Source: Alphaproteobacteria bacterium (GTDB taxonomy: Bacteria > Pseudomonadota > Alphaproteobacteria > Bin95). From it: a DNA stretch of 64,000 nt. The notes under the pieces are model-generated. The model was given only the letters and a program-made list of their open reading frames with translations. It was not told the origin of the DNA and searched no databases. Location of the stretch: the NCBI GenBank assembly GCA_965205265.1, contig CBDBGH010000003.1, forward strand, positions 1,312,001 to 1,376,000, given 5' to 3'. This document shows positions 20,697-31,610 of the stretch, piece by piece (position 1 is the stretch's first letter; each line of letters starts with the position of its first letter). Both the position numbers and the translations under genes were made by a program.

Positions 20697-21623
20697 ATGA
20701 GCGAGGGCGCGATCAGGAGCGAGGCGGTTGCAGGGGCGATTTCTACGGAAGCCCCGGACCCGATCCCGGTTTCGCCCATACCTGTGGTCAATGTCGCCTC
20801 GGTGCCGCAGCGCAGCCCGCTGCGCTATCCGGGCGGCAAGACATGGCTCATCCCGCATATCCGCCACTGGCTGAAGGGCATCGAGCCCCGGCCGAAGCTG
20901 CTCGTCGAGCCGTTCGCCGGCGGCGGCATCGTTTCCCTCACGGCTGTGATGGAAGAGCTCGTGGACCGCTGCCTGATGGTGGAGCTGGACCGCGATGTCG
21001 CCGCCTTCTGGCACGCTGCGCTCCGCCACGGGCCCGAACTCTGCGAAATGGTGCGGCATTTCCAGCCGACGCGGGAGGCGGTCGATGCGCTGTCGCGGCA
21101 GGCGCTGGCCAATGTGCTGGAGCACGGTTTCCGCACCCTCGTCCTGAACCGGACCAGGCGAGGGGGCATCCTCGCGCCGGGGGCGTCCTTAGTCCGGTCG
21201 GGAGAGTGCGGGATGGGCCTGGCCTCGCGGTGGTATCCGGAGACGCTTGTCCGGCGGCTTTTGGCTATTGCAGACAATGCGGATCACATTGAATTCAAAG
21301 AGAGCGACGGGATGGCGCTTCTGGAGGCCTTGCCTGCGGATGCCGTCTTGTTCGTGGACCCGCCCTACAGCGCCGGCGGGAAGCGGGCCGGCCAGCGCCT
21401 CTACGCCCACAACAAGATCGACCATGCGCGTCTGTTTGCCCTACTGGCGGAAACGAAGGCGAACTTCCTCATGACCTATGACAGGTCCGATGAAATTGAA
21501 GCCTTAGTCTGCAAGCACCGCTTCCACGCTGTTCGTGTGCTGATGGTGAATACGCATCATGCCCGCATACCGGAACTCGTGATTTCGGCGCGCCAGGTAT
21601 TCCGTCGTGTAAGCACGGGCTGA
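20697..21623 (+). CDS. Dam/D12-class N6-adenine DNA methyltransferase (orphan)
   Basis: SPLRYPGGK, EPFAGGG (SAM-binding), LNRT, FVDPPY (catalytic), MTYD. Confidence 0.9.
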   Translation: MSEGAIRSEAVAGAISTEAPDPIPVSPIPVVNVASVPQRSPLRYPGGKTWLIPHIRHWLKGIEPRPKLLVEPFAGGGIVSLTAVMEELVDRCLMVELDRDVAAFWHAALRHGPELCEMVRHFQPTREAVDALSRQALANVLEHGFRTLVLNRTRRGGILAPGASLVRSGECGMGLASRWYPETLVRRLLAIADNADHIEFKESDGMALLEALPADAVLFVDPPYSAGGKRAGQRLYAHNKIDHARLFALLAETKANFLMTYDRSDEIEALVCKHRFHAVRVLMVNTHHARIPELVISARQVFRRVSTG

Positions 21624-21644
21624 GGCGCCTCCCTGCTCCACCGC

Positions 21645-22742
<1,098 letters not shown>

Positions 22743-22748
22743 TGTCGG

Positions 22749-23597
22749 CTATCCTTTCACGGCGCCGGTCATGCCGGACACATAATGTTCGACGAAGAAC
22801 GAATAGACGATGGCGACGGGCACCGAGCCGAACAGGGCTCCCGCCATCAGGGCGCCCCAGAAGAACACGTCGCCCTTGATCAGCTCGCTCGTCACGCCGA
22901 CCGGAATCGTCTTGGTCTCCGGCGAGTGGATGAAGACCAGCGCATAGAGGAACTCGTTCCAGGAGAGCGTGAAGGCGAAAATTCCGGCCGACAGGATTCC
23001 GGGCACCGCCAGCGGCAGGACGATCTTGAACATCGCCTGCAGGCGCGTTGCCCCGTCGATCCGGGCGCACTCCTCCAATTCCTTGGGAATGGTCTGGAAA
23101 TAGCCCATCAGCAACCAGGTGCAGAACGGCACGAGGAAGGTCGGATAGGTGAAGATCAGCGACCATGTGGTGTCCTGCAGCCCCATCCATGTCACGACGC
23201 CGGTAAGCGGAATGAACAGCAGCGTCGGCGGCACCAGATAGGTGACGAAGATCATGATGCCGAACATGGTCGAGCCCCGGAACACGAGGCGGGAGAGCGC
23301 GTAGCCCGCGAGCACGCCGGCGAACAGGGAGACCGCCGTCGAAGCGATCGCGACCCAGAGCGTGTTGACGGCCCACTCGATGAAAAGCGTCGTCCCGAAC
23401 AGGCTTTCCCAGTGCTCCAGCGTGGGCTCGCGCACGATGAAGGGCGAGATGCGCGGATTGTAGAGCTCGGCGTCCGGCTTGATGGATGTGATGAGCATCC
23501 AGGCGAACGGGAACAGCATCGCGAAGACGAACAGGAAGAGCGGGATGTAGAAGATCACCAGCCGCCGGAAATAGGTCTCGCCCACCATGGCGTTCAT
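22749..23597 (-). CDS. Carbohydrate ABC permease (MalG-like)
   Basis: EAA-like loop ELEECARIDGA, WNEFLYA. Confidence 0.9.
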   Translation of the reverse strand: MNAMVGETYFRRLVIFYIPLFLFVFAMLFPFAWMLITSIKPDAELYNPRISPFIVREPTLEHWESLFGTTLFIEWAVNTLWVAIASTAVSLFAGVLAGYALSRLVFRGSTMFGIMIFVTYLVPPTLLFIPLTGVVTWMGLQDTTWSLIFTYPTFLVPFCTWLLMGYFQTIPKELEECARIDGATRLQAMFKIVLPLAVPGILSAGIFAFTLSWNEFLYALVFIHSPETKTIPVGVTSELIKGDVFFWGALMAGALFGSVPVAIVYSFFVEHYVSGMTGAVKG

Positions 23598-23599
23598 GG

Positions 23600-24571
23600 C
23601 TACCGCACTCCCTCGCGCCTGAGATACCAAAGCTGGAAGATGATGACGAACGCCAGTATGGGCAGCATGAACAGGGCCGTTGCCGCGCCCTGGCCGATAT
23701 TTCCCGATCCCATGCCGAGCTGGTAGGCCAGCGTGGCCAGCAAGTGGGTTTCGTTGTTGGGGCCGCCCCGGGTCAGGATATAGACCAGCTGGAAGTCGGC
23801 GAAGGTCACCACGATGGAGAAAACGATCACCACGATCGCCACCGGCTTAATCAGCGGCAGCGTCACATGCCAGAATTTCTTCCAGCCGCTGGCGCCGTCG
23901 ATGTCGGCGGCGTCGTAAAGATCCGGCGGAATCGTTTGCAGGCCGGCCAGGAAGGAAATCGCGAAAAACGGCAGGCCGCGCCAGACATTGACGAGAATCA
24001 CCGAGGCCATGGCGAGGCTCGGGTCGCCCAGCCATAACGGGCCGCGGAAAAAGCCCCAATTCTCCTTCAGGACCAGCCCGAAAATGCCGATTTCCATCTG
24101 CCAGAGCCAGCGGAGCGTCCAGTTGAACACGCTGAACGTGGCGTCGAACATCCACAGCCAGGCCAGCGTGCTGAGCACGGTCGGCACGATGAAAGGCAGC
24201 AACACGGTGGCGCGGGTGATATTCGCAAAGCGGAATTTGCGGTTCAGCAGCACCGCCAGCCACATGCCGAGGACCGCCTTGAAAACCGTGGCGACCGTAG
24301 TGAAGAACACGGTATTCCAGGCGGCGGTGAGGAAGATGTCGCTGGCGAACAGCTTTTCGTAGTTGCCGAGTCCGATGAAGGTGCCCGATGTGCCAACGAT
24401 CTTGTCGGTAAGCGACATCCACACCCCGAGCACGAAGGGGTAGGCGATGAAGATCAGGATCAGCAGCAGGGCCGGCGCCATCAGGACGTAGCCGAGCACG
24501 CGCTGGTCTTCCAGGGCGGTGACAAGCCTTTCCTTGAGGGAAGGCGCAGGCGCCGTTTGCTGCGTTTGCAT
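23600..24571 (-). CDS. Carbohydrate ABC permease (MalF-like)
   Basis: LAGLQTIPPDLYDAADIDGA, TRGGP. Confidence 0.9.
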   Translation of the reverse strand: MQTQQTAPAPSLKERLVTALEDQRVLGYVLMAPALLLILIFIAYPFVLGVWMSLTDKIVGTSGTFIGLGNYEKLFASDIFLTAAWNTVFFTTVATVFKAVLGMWLAVLLNRKFRFANITRATVLLPFIVPTVLSTLAWLWMFDATFSVFNWTLRWLWQMEIGIFGLVLKENWGFFRGPLWLGDPSLAMASVILVNVWRGLPFFAISFLAGLQTIPPDLYDAADIDGASGWKKFWHVTLPLIKPVAIVVIVFSIVVTFADFQLVYILTRGGPNNETHLLATLAYQLGMGSGNIGQGAATALFMLPILAFVIIFQLWYLRREGVR

Positions 24572-24626
24572 GGCGGTTCGGACAGCCCGTTACGGGAAGC
24601 GGAGGACCTCGGTCGAGGCGAAGGAA

Positions 24627-24654
24627 GCCTGCGGCGGCCGGGGCCGCCGCAGGC
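24627..24654 (-). terminator. Strong GC stem-loop originally between the SBP and permease genes (intercistronic stabiliser or attenuator)
   Basis: GCCTGCGGCGGCC-GG-GGCCGCCGCAGGC perfect IR, followed by TTCCTT on the minus strand. Confidence 0.55.
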
Positions 24655-24673
24655 CGGTCATGCCGACAACGCT

Positions 24674-25795
24674 CTAGTGTCCTGATTCTGAAGTTTTGAT
24701 GATTTTCATCTGGCGTTCGGCAGTTTCCAGCGTCCGCAGACAGAAGCGCTTGATGGTGGCAAGGATGTCGTCGGCGGATTTGGTCCAGCGGAAGGGTCGC
24801 GGGTCGGCGTTGACGGTGTCGATGTAGTTCCGGATGGCCTGCTCGAGTTCCTGGGGCGAGCGATGAACCCCGCGCCTGAGCTGTTTCTCGGTCAAGAGTG
24901 CGAAGAAGCGCTCGACCTGGTTGAGCCAGGAGGCGCCGGTGGGCGTGAAGTGGACATGCCAGCGGGGATGCCGGGCCAGCCAACGCCGGACGGCGGGCGT
25001 CTTGTGGGTTGCGTAGTTGTCCATCACCAGATGGACGTCGAGTTCGCCGGGGACCTGGGCTTCGAGCGTGCGCAGGAACTTGAGGAACTCCCGGCTGCGG
25101 TGGCGCGGCAAGCACTGGCCGATGACCCGGCCGGTGGCGATGTCCAGCGCCGCGAACAGCGTGGTGGTGCCATGGCGCGTGTAGTCATGAGTACGCCGCT
25201 CGACCTGACCCGGCCGCATGGGAAGCAGCGGGCGGGAGCGGTCCAGAGCTTGGATCTGGCTCTTCTCATCGACGCAGAGCACCAGCGCGCGCTCGGGCGG
25301 GTCGAGATAGAGGCCGACAATGTCCCGCACCTTCTCCACAAACAGTGGGTCCGACGACAGCTTGAACGTCTCCGAGCGATGCGGCTGCAGGCCGAAAGCC
25401 TGCCAGATGCGATGGATCGTCGAGGGCGCATAGCCTGCAGCGCGCGCCATCGAGCGCAGGCTCCAATGCGTGCCGTCGGGGGGTGTTTCTTCCAGGGTGC
25501 GGGCAATGACCTCCGCAACCTCCTCGTCACCGATCTTGCGCGGAGCGCCCGGGCGCGGCTCGTCATAGAGCCCGTCAAGCCCGCGCTCGGCAAAACGCCG
25601 CCGCCATTTGCCGACCGTATTCGCATCCGCTCCCAAGCGCGCAACTATCGCCTTGTTCTCCAGACCCTCAGCAGCAGCCAGGACAATCCGAGCCCGACGC
25701 GCCAGTCCCTGCGCCGTCTTCCGACGCCGCGCCAAACCCTCCAACTCTCGTCGTTCTGCTGCCGACAAAGTAATCGCGACCGCTGCTCTCCCCAC
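24674..25795 (-). CDS. IS630 transposase
   Basis: N-terminal [34 protein letters not shown] motifs. Confidence 0.95.
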   Translation of the reverse strand: MGRAAVAITLSAAERRELEGLARRRKTAQGLARRARIVLAAAEGLENKAIVARLGADANTVGKWRRRFAERGLDGLYDEPRPGAPRKIGDEEVAEVIARTLEETPPDGTHWSLRSMARAAGYAPSTIHRIWQAFGLQPHRSETFKLSSDPLFVEKVRDIVGLYLDPPERALVLCVDEKSQIQALDRSRPLLPMRPGQVERRTHDYTRHGTTTLFAALDIATGRVIGQCLPRHRSREFLKFLRTLEAQVPGELDVHLVMDNYATHKTPAVRRWLARHPRWHVHFTPTGASWLNQVERFFALLTEKQLRRGVHRSPQELEQAIRNYIDTVNADPRPFRWTKSADDILATIKRFCLRTLETAERQMKIIKTSESGH

Positions 25796-25856
25796 CGGTC
25801 AGCCCTCCATCAAAACCGATAATCTTATTCTAATAAACTTCTCGATCAGGATACTA
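24675..25856 (-). mobile_element. IS630-family insertion sequence (complete)
   Basis: Imperfect TIRs TAGTGTCCTGATTCTGAAGTTT / TAGTATCCTGATCGAGAAGTTT; TA duplicated within CTAG at both ends. Confidence 0.92.
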
Positions 25857-26135
25857 GTTGTAGACGTTCTCCAGTTCCTTCTGCCCCCAGGCGGCGATCG
25901 CCTTGGGGTCCTCGCCCTGAACGGCGCGGGCGAACATGTCCACGACGATGTATTTTTCCGCCGCTTCGCCGGACGCGCGGTTCCACGGGCCGGCATGGCC
26001 GTAGCTGCGCCCGTATTTGGCGTTTGTGCTGAAGATGCCGAGCGCCGGGTCGGAGGTCCACACCGGGTGGTCCTCCCATTTCGGCGTCAGGCCCTGCACA
26101 TAGCCGCTGTTCACCGAAATGAACTGGCTGAAATT
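25569..26135. repeat. 567-bp direct repeat copy 1 (long target-site duplication of IS1634)
   Basis: Appears identical to 28052-28618 (offset 2483; identical ORFs at 25799/28282); ends exactly at the IS1634 TIR. Confidence 0.93.
25854..26135 (-). pseudogene. Duplicated 3' fragment of the sugar SBP gene
   Basis: Encodes ...NSGYVQGLTPKW...ELENVYN*, identical to the C-terminus of 28337-29647. Confidence 0.9.
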
Positions 26136-28051
26136 CCTGACTTCGACGGTTGATTCGCATAAGTAGTTGATATTGCCTGGTTCTCATTTCGGCTAGGCAC
26201 TACATCCGGCATTTCTTCGAGCCGTGCTTCGTCGACGGTCAGGCGAGTTGATACGGGGTGATCGTCAGGGGCAGCCCCATGGTTGCGTAAATCTGCTCCG
26301 CCGCCGGTGTCGGCTTCGAGGGGATGACGTAGCGGTTGCCCGATTGCCGACAGCGCAGCAGGGAGCACTGGCGGTGGACGAGGGCGGAGCGGATGACCTC
26401 CGGGGACATCCGCCGCTTCTGGATGGCGACGCGGTACGCAAGGTGTCGAACGCAGGCGAAGGCCAGGAAGGCGATGGCGATGTGAGCGCGGATCCGGTCC
26501 GGGTTCCAGTGCCAGATGGGACGTATCTTCAGGTCGTGTTTGGTGATCCGGAAGCTCTCCTCGACCTGCCAGAGCCCCTGGTAGTGAGCCATCACTTCGG
26601 TGACGCGCGCGTCGCGCAGATTGGTGATGACGCCGGTGAGCCCGTCCCATCGTGCGGCCTCGGCGATCTTCTCCGGGTTCACCGTGAGCCGTGCGTCGCC
26701 CTCGACGGCGATGAAGCGCTTCGCCCCGTGATTGGAGAGCAGTTCCCTGGGATTGTCGCTGCGGGCCAGCCTGTCGAGCAGGCGTTCCACCTGATGGCGG
26801 CGCTCGTGCGCGTCCTTGCGTGCGCGCTGGGGGCAGAAGACGACGATCAGGCGACGGCCCTTGTACTCCCACTCGCCGACCCGGCGGTCCTGTGAGCCCT
26901 CCAGCGGGGCATAGGTCCCGGGGTCGAGAACCTGCCCCAGCAGCGCGAGCGGCAGCTTGCGCAGCCGCGCGCCGACGACATACTCGCCGCCGATGGCGTC
27001 CATGGCGTCGAGGTTGTCGGCGCTCAGCATGCCCCGGTCGGCCACGCATACCGTGCGCTCCACCTGGTGGCGGCGCTGCATGTCCTGCAGGACCGGGACC
27101 ATGCTGTGTCCCTCGTAGGTGGCGCCGGGGAAGACCTCGTAGCTGATCGGCAGCCCTTCGCGCGTCACCATCAGCGCCAGCAGAACCTGCGAGTCCTTGT
27201 GTTTGCCGTCCTTGCTGAAGCCGTGCTGGCGAAGCTCGTCCTCGGCGGCCGTCTCGAAGTAGAGCGTGGTGCAATCGAAGAAGAGGATCGCGACCGGCTC
27301 CGGCAGCAGCGACCGGCTCGCCTCGCCGACGCGCGTGCGCAGTCGCTCGATCACCGTCGCGTCGAGCTGATCCATCATCCGGTAGACCTTCTCGAGCGGA
27401 AGACTCACGCCGAAGTCCTCCTCGAGCCGGCGCACGCTGCCCCGCTTGCTGTCGGGGTTGGCTACCCGCGCCATCACCACATGGAACAGCGCGTCATGGG
27501 AGGCCCGGTAGCGCGAGCGCGGCAGCAGCGCGTCGAGGCCCAGCAGCCGGTAGATCTCGCCATAGACCTCGTGGATGCCTGTGATCAGGCGCTGCTCCTC
27601 TTCAAGCTGCTTGAGGTCGACCGGGAGTTCCTCCTTGCCGTCCCCCCGGCGGCCGACACGGATCGCCTGCTCAGCGATCTTCTCGGGCGCAAACAATGCC
27701 GGCTGACGCTCGTCCTCCAGCTTCGCCTTGACGTACTCGCCGAGCTGCCTCAGGCGCTCGAGCTCGTCCTCGTCCATGGCCACGCCGACATGGCGGACGA
27801 TGCGCTGTCGGACCTTGCCGCCGTCGCGCACGGCCTCGACGATCTGGACCGAGCGTCGCGGGCTGTTGGGGGAGGTCTTGATGCGCACGAACATGGGGGG
27901 AGTGTAGCGCGTGGCGGAGGCATTGACAGTCTCAAAGATTTACTAGGCACTACAACGCAGCTTGACCGCACCGCAACTGCCAACTCATTGGCTTTACTGA
28001 AAACTCCAGACGCGAGATCGGTCAGAAGTCAGCCCAACCGTCGAAGTCAGG
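26136..28051 (-). mobile_element. IS1634-family insertion sequence (1916 bp)
   Basis: Perfect 17-bp TIR CCTGACTTCGACGGTTG / CAACCGTCGAAGTCAGG; single transposase; internal CTAGGCACTACA repeats near both ends. Confidence 0.92.
26239..27894 (-). CDS. IS1634-family transposase
   Basis: MFVRIK...VQIVEAVRDGGKVRQR N-terminus; FDCTTLYFE, GFSKDGK, VADRGM, WQVEESFRITK, RIRAHIAI. Confidence 0.92.
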   Translation of the reverse strand: MFVRIKTSPNSPRRSVQIVEAVRDGGKVRQRIVRHVGVAMDEDELERLRQLGEYVKAKLEDERQPALFAPEKIAEQAIRVGRRGDGKEELPVDLKQLEEEQRLITGIHEVYGEIYRLLGLDALLPRSRYRASHDALFHVVMARVANPDSKRGSVRRLEEDFGVSLPLEKVYRMMDQLDATVIERLRTRVGEASRSLLPEPVAILFFDCTTLYFETAAEDELRQHGFSKDGKHKDSQVLLALMVTREGLPISYEVFPGATYEGHSMVPVLQDMQRRHQVERTVCVADRGMLSADNLDAMDAIGGEYVVGARLRKLPLALLGQVLDPGTYAPLEGSQDRRVGEWEYKGRRLIVVFCPQRARKDAHERRHQVERLLDRLARSDNPRELLSNHGAKRFIAVEGDARLTVNPEKIAEAARWDGLTGVITNLRDARVTEVMAHYQGLWQVEESFRITKHDLKIRPIWHWNPDRIRAHIAIAFLAFACVRHLAYRVAIQKRRMSPEVIRSALVHRQCSLLRCRQSGNRYVIPSKPTPAAEQIYATMGLPLTITPYQLA

Positions 28052-28339
28052 AGCCCGTCAAGCCCGCGCTCGGCAAAACGCCGCCGCCATTTGCCGACCG
28101 TATTCGCATCCGCTCCCAAGCGCGCAACTATCGCCTTGTTCTCCAGACCCTCAGCAGCAGCCAGGACAATCCGAGCCCGACGCGCCAGTCCCTGCGCCGT
28201 CTTCCGACGCCGCGCCAAACCCTCCAACTCTCGTCGTTCTGCTGCCGACAAAGTAATCGCGACCGCTGCTCTCCCCACCGGTCAGCCCTCCATCAAAACC
28301 GATAATCTTATTCTAATAAACTTCTCGATCAGGATACTA
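28052..28339 (-). pseudogene. Truncated IS630 5' end (left TIR plus transposase N-terminus)
   Basis: ORF 27994-28278 is identical to the IS630 transposase N-terminus up to ...GLDGL, then runs into IS1634. Confidence 0.9.
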
Positions 28340-28618
28340 GTTGTAGACGTTCTCCAGTTCCTTCTGCCCCCAGGCGGCGATCGCCTTGGGGTCCTCGCCC
28401 TGAACGGCGCGGGCGAACATGTCCACGACGATGTATTTTTCCGCCGCTTCGCCGGACGCGCGGTTCCACGGGCCGGCATGGCCGTAGCTGCGCCCGTATT
28501 TGGCGTTTGTGCTGAAGATGCCGAGCGCCGGGTCGGAGGTCCACACCGGGTGGTCCTCCCATTTCGGCGTCAGGCCCTGCACATAGCCGCTGTTCACCGA
28601 AATGAACTGGCTGAAATT
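28052..28618. repeat. 567-bp direct repeat copy 2
   Basis: Starts exactly after the IS1634 TIR; same sequence as 25569-26135. Confidence 0.93.
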
Positions 28619-29647
28619 GTCGTCCTGGAACATGAAGCGGATGAAGTCCGCCGCCGCATCCTTTTCTTCGGAATAGCTCATGATCGCAGGACTGCGCGGA
28701 CCGATGACGTGGTAGCGCCCGCCGGGGCCTTCCGGATTGTTGACGTGGGCCAGCTTGTCCGCGAGGTCCGGGAACTTGCGCCGGGCGACGAAGTAGATGC
28801 TGGCGCCGTTCAGGGTCGCGCCGATGGTCTGGCCGAGGAAGGCGCGGTTGTTGCTGGTGTCGTCCCAGGCAAGCCCGCCCGGATCGCAGGCCGCTTCCCA
28901 GAACTCCTTGCAGAAGGCGAGCGCCCGATGGGTCTCGGGCGAATCGACGACGACCTTGCCGGACTCGTCCACTTCCATGCCGCCGAAGCTCCACAGCAGC
29001 GGATAGGCGAAGGACGGGGCGTCGCCGAAGGTGTGGACGAGCGTCTGGCCGACCGGCAGGTTGGCGTTCTTCAGCGCCGTGCCGACGGCGAGATACTCGT
29101 CCCAGGTGTTGGGCGCGGCGAGGCCGAGTTCGTCGAACACGTCCTTGCGATAGACGATGGCGTTGCCGATGTTGAACAGCGGCACGGCGCGCGCCACGCC
29201 GTCCACCACGACCGCGCCGTTGGCCCAGTCGTAGATGTCGCCGCCGGCGAGTTCGCCCATCAGGGAGCCATGGTCGTCGAGGCCGTTGGCGAACAGATGC
29301 GGCTGGTTGTTGATGAGCAGCATGACATCCGCGCCCTTGCCGCTTTCGATGGCGGCCGTGATGCGCGGGGTCATGTCGTTCTGGTTAATCATCTCGACCG
29401 TGACTTCGACGCCCGTGGCCTTGGTGAACTCCTCGGCCTGGCGCCTGATCTCCGTGTCGGCGTCGGGAATGAAGCTGCTCCATTGCAGGTAGTGCAGCTT
29501 GCGGCTCTGCGCGTAGGCCGGCGGCTTGCCGCCGAGAAACGCCCCCGCGGCAACGACGGCGCCGACAGCGGTGGTCTTCTTCACGAAATCGCGGCGCGTC
29601 ACGCTGGAGCGCTTTTGCGCAGGCTGAAGCTGGCCGGTCTTCTTCAT
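28337..29647 (-). CDS. Carbohydrate ABC substrate-binding protein, Tat-exported
   Basis: TRRDFVK Tat motif, YRKDVF, PNTWDE, WDDTSNNRAFL; upstream of CUT1 permeases. Confidence 0.88.
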   Translation of the reverse strand: MKKTGQLQPAQKRSSVTRRDFVKKTTAVGAVVAAGAFLGGKPPAYAQSRKLHYLQWSSFIPDADTEIRRQAEEFTKATGVEVTVEMINQNDMTPRITAAIESGKGADVMLLINNQPHLFANGLDDHGSLMGELAGGDIYDWANGAVVVDGVARAVPLFNIGNAIVYRKDVFDELGLAAPNTWDEYLAVGTALKNANLPVGQTLVHTFGDAPSFAYPLLWSFGGMEVDESGKVVVDSPETHRALAFCKEFWEAACDPGGLAWDDTSNNRAFLGQTIGATLNGASIYFVARRKFPDLADKLAHVNNPEGPGGRYHVIGPRSPAIMSYSEEKDAAADFIRFMFQDDNFSQFISVNSGYVQGLTPKWEDHPVWTSDPALGIFSTNAKYGRSYGHAGPWNRASGEAAEKYIVVDMFARAVQGEDPKAIAAWGQKELENVYN

Positions 29648-29779
29648 GCGGTTTTCTCCCTACTCAAGGAAACGGAAGCATCGGCGCATGGGCGACACTT
29701 CGTGGAAACAGCGTATCCGCCGCAGTCGGAATGTCCACCGCCAATATGGACAAGGGACGAGCAAGCAGGAGAAGCGGAG

Positions 29780-30079
29780 TCAGGCGGAAGCCGCTGCGGC
29801 CTCGTTCATGAACGCCGCCAGCTTTACATCGAGCTCCGTCACGCCGCCGGCGCTGTGGGTGGCGAGGGTGACTTCGACGCGGTTATAGACGTTGAACCAT
29901 TCGGGGTGGTGGTCCATGCGCTCGGCGGCCAGCGCGGAGCGCGTCATGAAGGCGAAGGCGGCGGTGAAGTCCCCGAACTGGAACGTGCGCTGGATGGCGT
30001 CCCGGCCCTCGACCTCGCTCCAGCCTTCAAGCGCCGCCAGCGCGTCCCGGCGCTCGCTACCGGTGAGCTTTTCGGCCAT
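29780..30079 (-). CDS. phhB: Pterin-4-alpha-carbinolamine dehydratase
   Basis: [29 protein letters not shown]. Confidence 0.93.
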   Translation of the reverse strand: MAEKLTGSERRDALAALEGWSEVEGRDAIQRTFQFGDFTAAFAFMTRSALAAERMDHHPEWFNVYNRVEVTLATHSAGGVTELDVKLAAFMNEAAAASA

Positions 30080-30120
30080 GATCCGCGCCTCCGAAACCGT
30101 GTGCCCTCTGCCGCCCGACG

Positions 30121-30525
30121 ATGCCTGAGAGAACCGCGCCTGTCCATCCGCCGAGCCTCGACGACCTTGCCGCCTGGGCCGAGGCCGCCTATGCCGAACT
30201 GCCGGCGTCCTTCCAGCGCCTCACGGCCGACATCGTCTTCCGGGTGGACGAGTTCCCGGACGAGGAGACCGAGCGCGAGATGGAGCTGGAGAGCCCGTTC
30301 GACCTGATGGGCCTCTATCGCGGCGTCTCGCTCGACCGGAAAAGCGTGTCGGCGGGCGCAGACGATGTGGACTATGTGTTTCTCTATCGCCGCCCGATCC
30401 TCGACTACTGGTGCGAGACCGGCGAGGACCTGAAACATATCGTGCGCCATGTGCTGGTCCACGAGATCGGCCACCATTTCGGCCTTTCCGACGAGGACAT
30501 GGAAGCCATCGAGGCGCAGGCCTGA
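30121..30525 (+). CDS. Minimal zincin metallopeptidase (Zincin_1)
   Basis: [22 protein letters not shown]. Confidence 0.88.
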   Translation: MPERTAPVHPPSLDDLAAWAEAAYAELPASFQRLTADIVFRVDEFPDEETEREMELESPFDLMGLYRGVSLDRKSVSAGADDVDYVFLYRRPILDYWCETGEDLKHIVRHVLVHEIGHHFGLSDEDMEAIEAQA

Positions 30526-30535
30526 GGGGAAAGCC

Positions 30536-31531
30536 ATGAGCAACAAGGCCGCCGTCATCCACGAAAAGGGTCCGCCCGACGTCTTCCGCTGGGAGGACTG
30601 GCCGGTAGGCGAGCCGGGCCCGGGCGAGGCGCTGATCCGGCACGGCGCCATCGGGGTGAACTATATCGACACCTATAACCGGCGCGGCATGCCGCATCCC
30701 TGGCCGGCGCCGGCGCTGCCCTTCGTGCTGGGCATCGAAGGTGCGGGGACCGTGGAGGCGGTCGGAGAGGGCGTGACCGAATGCGCGGTCGGCGACCGGG
30801 TCTCCTACGCCAGCCCGCCGCACGGCGCCTATGCGCAGCGCCGGGTGATGCCGGCAAGGCGGCTGGTGAAGCTGCCGGACGGCGTCTCCGACGAGGACGC
30901 CGCCGGCATGACGCTCAAGGGCCTGACCGCCCAGTATCTGCTCCGCCGGACCTACCGTGTGCAGCCGGGCGACCCGGTGCTGATCCATGCGGCGGCCGGC
31001 GGCATGGGCCTCATCCTCTGCCAGTGGGCAAAGCATCTGGGTGCGACCGTGATCGGCACGGTCTCGACCGACGAGAAGGCCGAACTCGCCAGGGCCCACG
31101 GCGCCGACCATATCGCCGTCTATGCGCGCGAGGACTTCGTGCCGCTGGTGATGGAGGTGACGGAAGGCAAGGGCTGCCCGGTGGTCTATGAGAGCATCGG
31201 CAGGGACACCTTCACCCGCTCGCTCGACTGCCTGCGCCCGCTTGGCGTCATGGCGAGCTACGGCCACGCTTCCGGCGCGCCGGACCCGGTCGATGTGGTG
31301 GAGCTCGGCGCGCGTGGTTCGCTGTTCGTCACCCGCCCGGCGATCATGCACTACATGGAGAAACGCGAGGACCTGGTCGCTTCGGCGAAGGAGCTGTTCG
31401 AGGTCATGTCGTCGGGAGCGGTGCCGGCGACCGTCCGCCACCGCTATCCGCTGCGCGAGGCGGCCGAGGTCCATCGCGCTCTCGAAGAGCGGCGCACCAC
31501 GGGCTCGATCGTGCTTCTGCCGTTTGCGTGA
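30536..31531 (+). CDS. qor: NADPH:quinone oxidoreductase (zeta-crystallin family)
   Basis: IGVNYID, LGIEGAG, HAAAGGMG, KGCPVVYESIG, TTGSIVL. Confidence 0.88.
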   Translation: MSNKAAVIHEKGPPDVFRWEDWPVGEPGPGEALIRHGAIGVNYIDTYNRRGMPHPWPAPALPFVLGIEGAGTVEAVGEGVTECAVGDRVSYASPPHGAYAQRRVMPARRLVKLPDGVSDEDAAGMTLKGLTAQYLLRRTYRVQPGDPVLIHAAAGGMGLILCQWAKHLGATVIGTVSTDEKAELARAHGADHIAVYAREDFVPLVMEVTEGKGCPVVYESIGRDTFTRSLDCLRPLGVMASYGHASGAPDPVDVVELGARGSLFVTRPAIMHYMEKREDLVASAKELFEVMSSGAVPATVRHRYPLREAAEVHRALEERRTTGSIVLLPFA

Positions 31532-31610
31532 GGCATCCGGCGCCCCTTGACGCGGGAAGCGCCGGGTCGCAGCCTCGCGACGACGGCAATTCAAGCGGGA
31601 GAAGGAACCT

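Noticed and set aside
25569-28618. 567-bp duplication as an assembly artefact
   Set aside because: Both junctions coincide exactly with the IS1634 TIRs and this family is known for long DRs; long-read confirmation is still advisable
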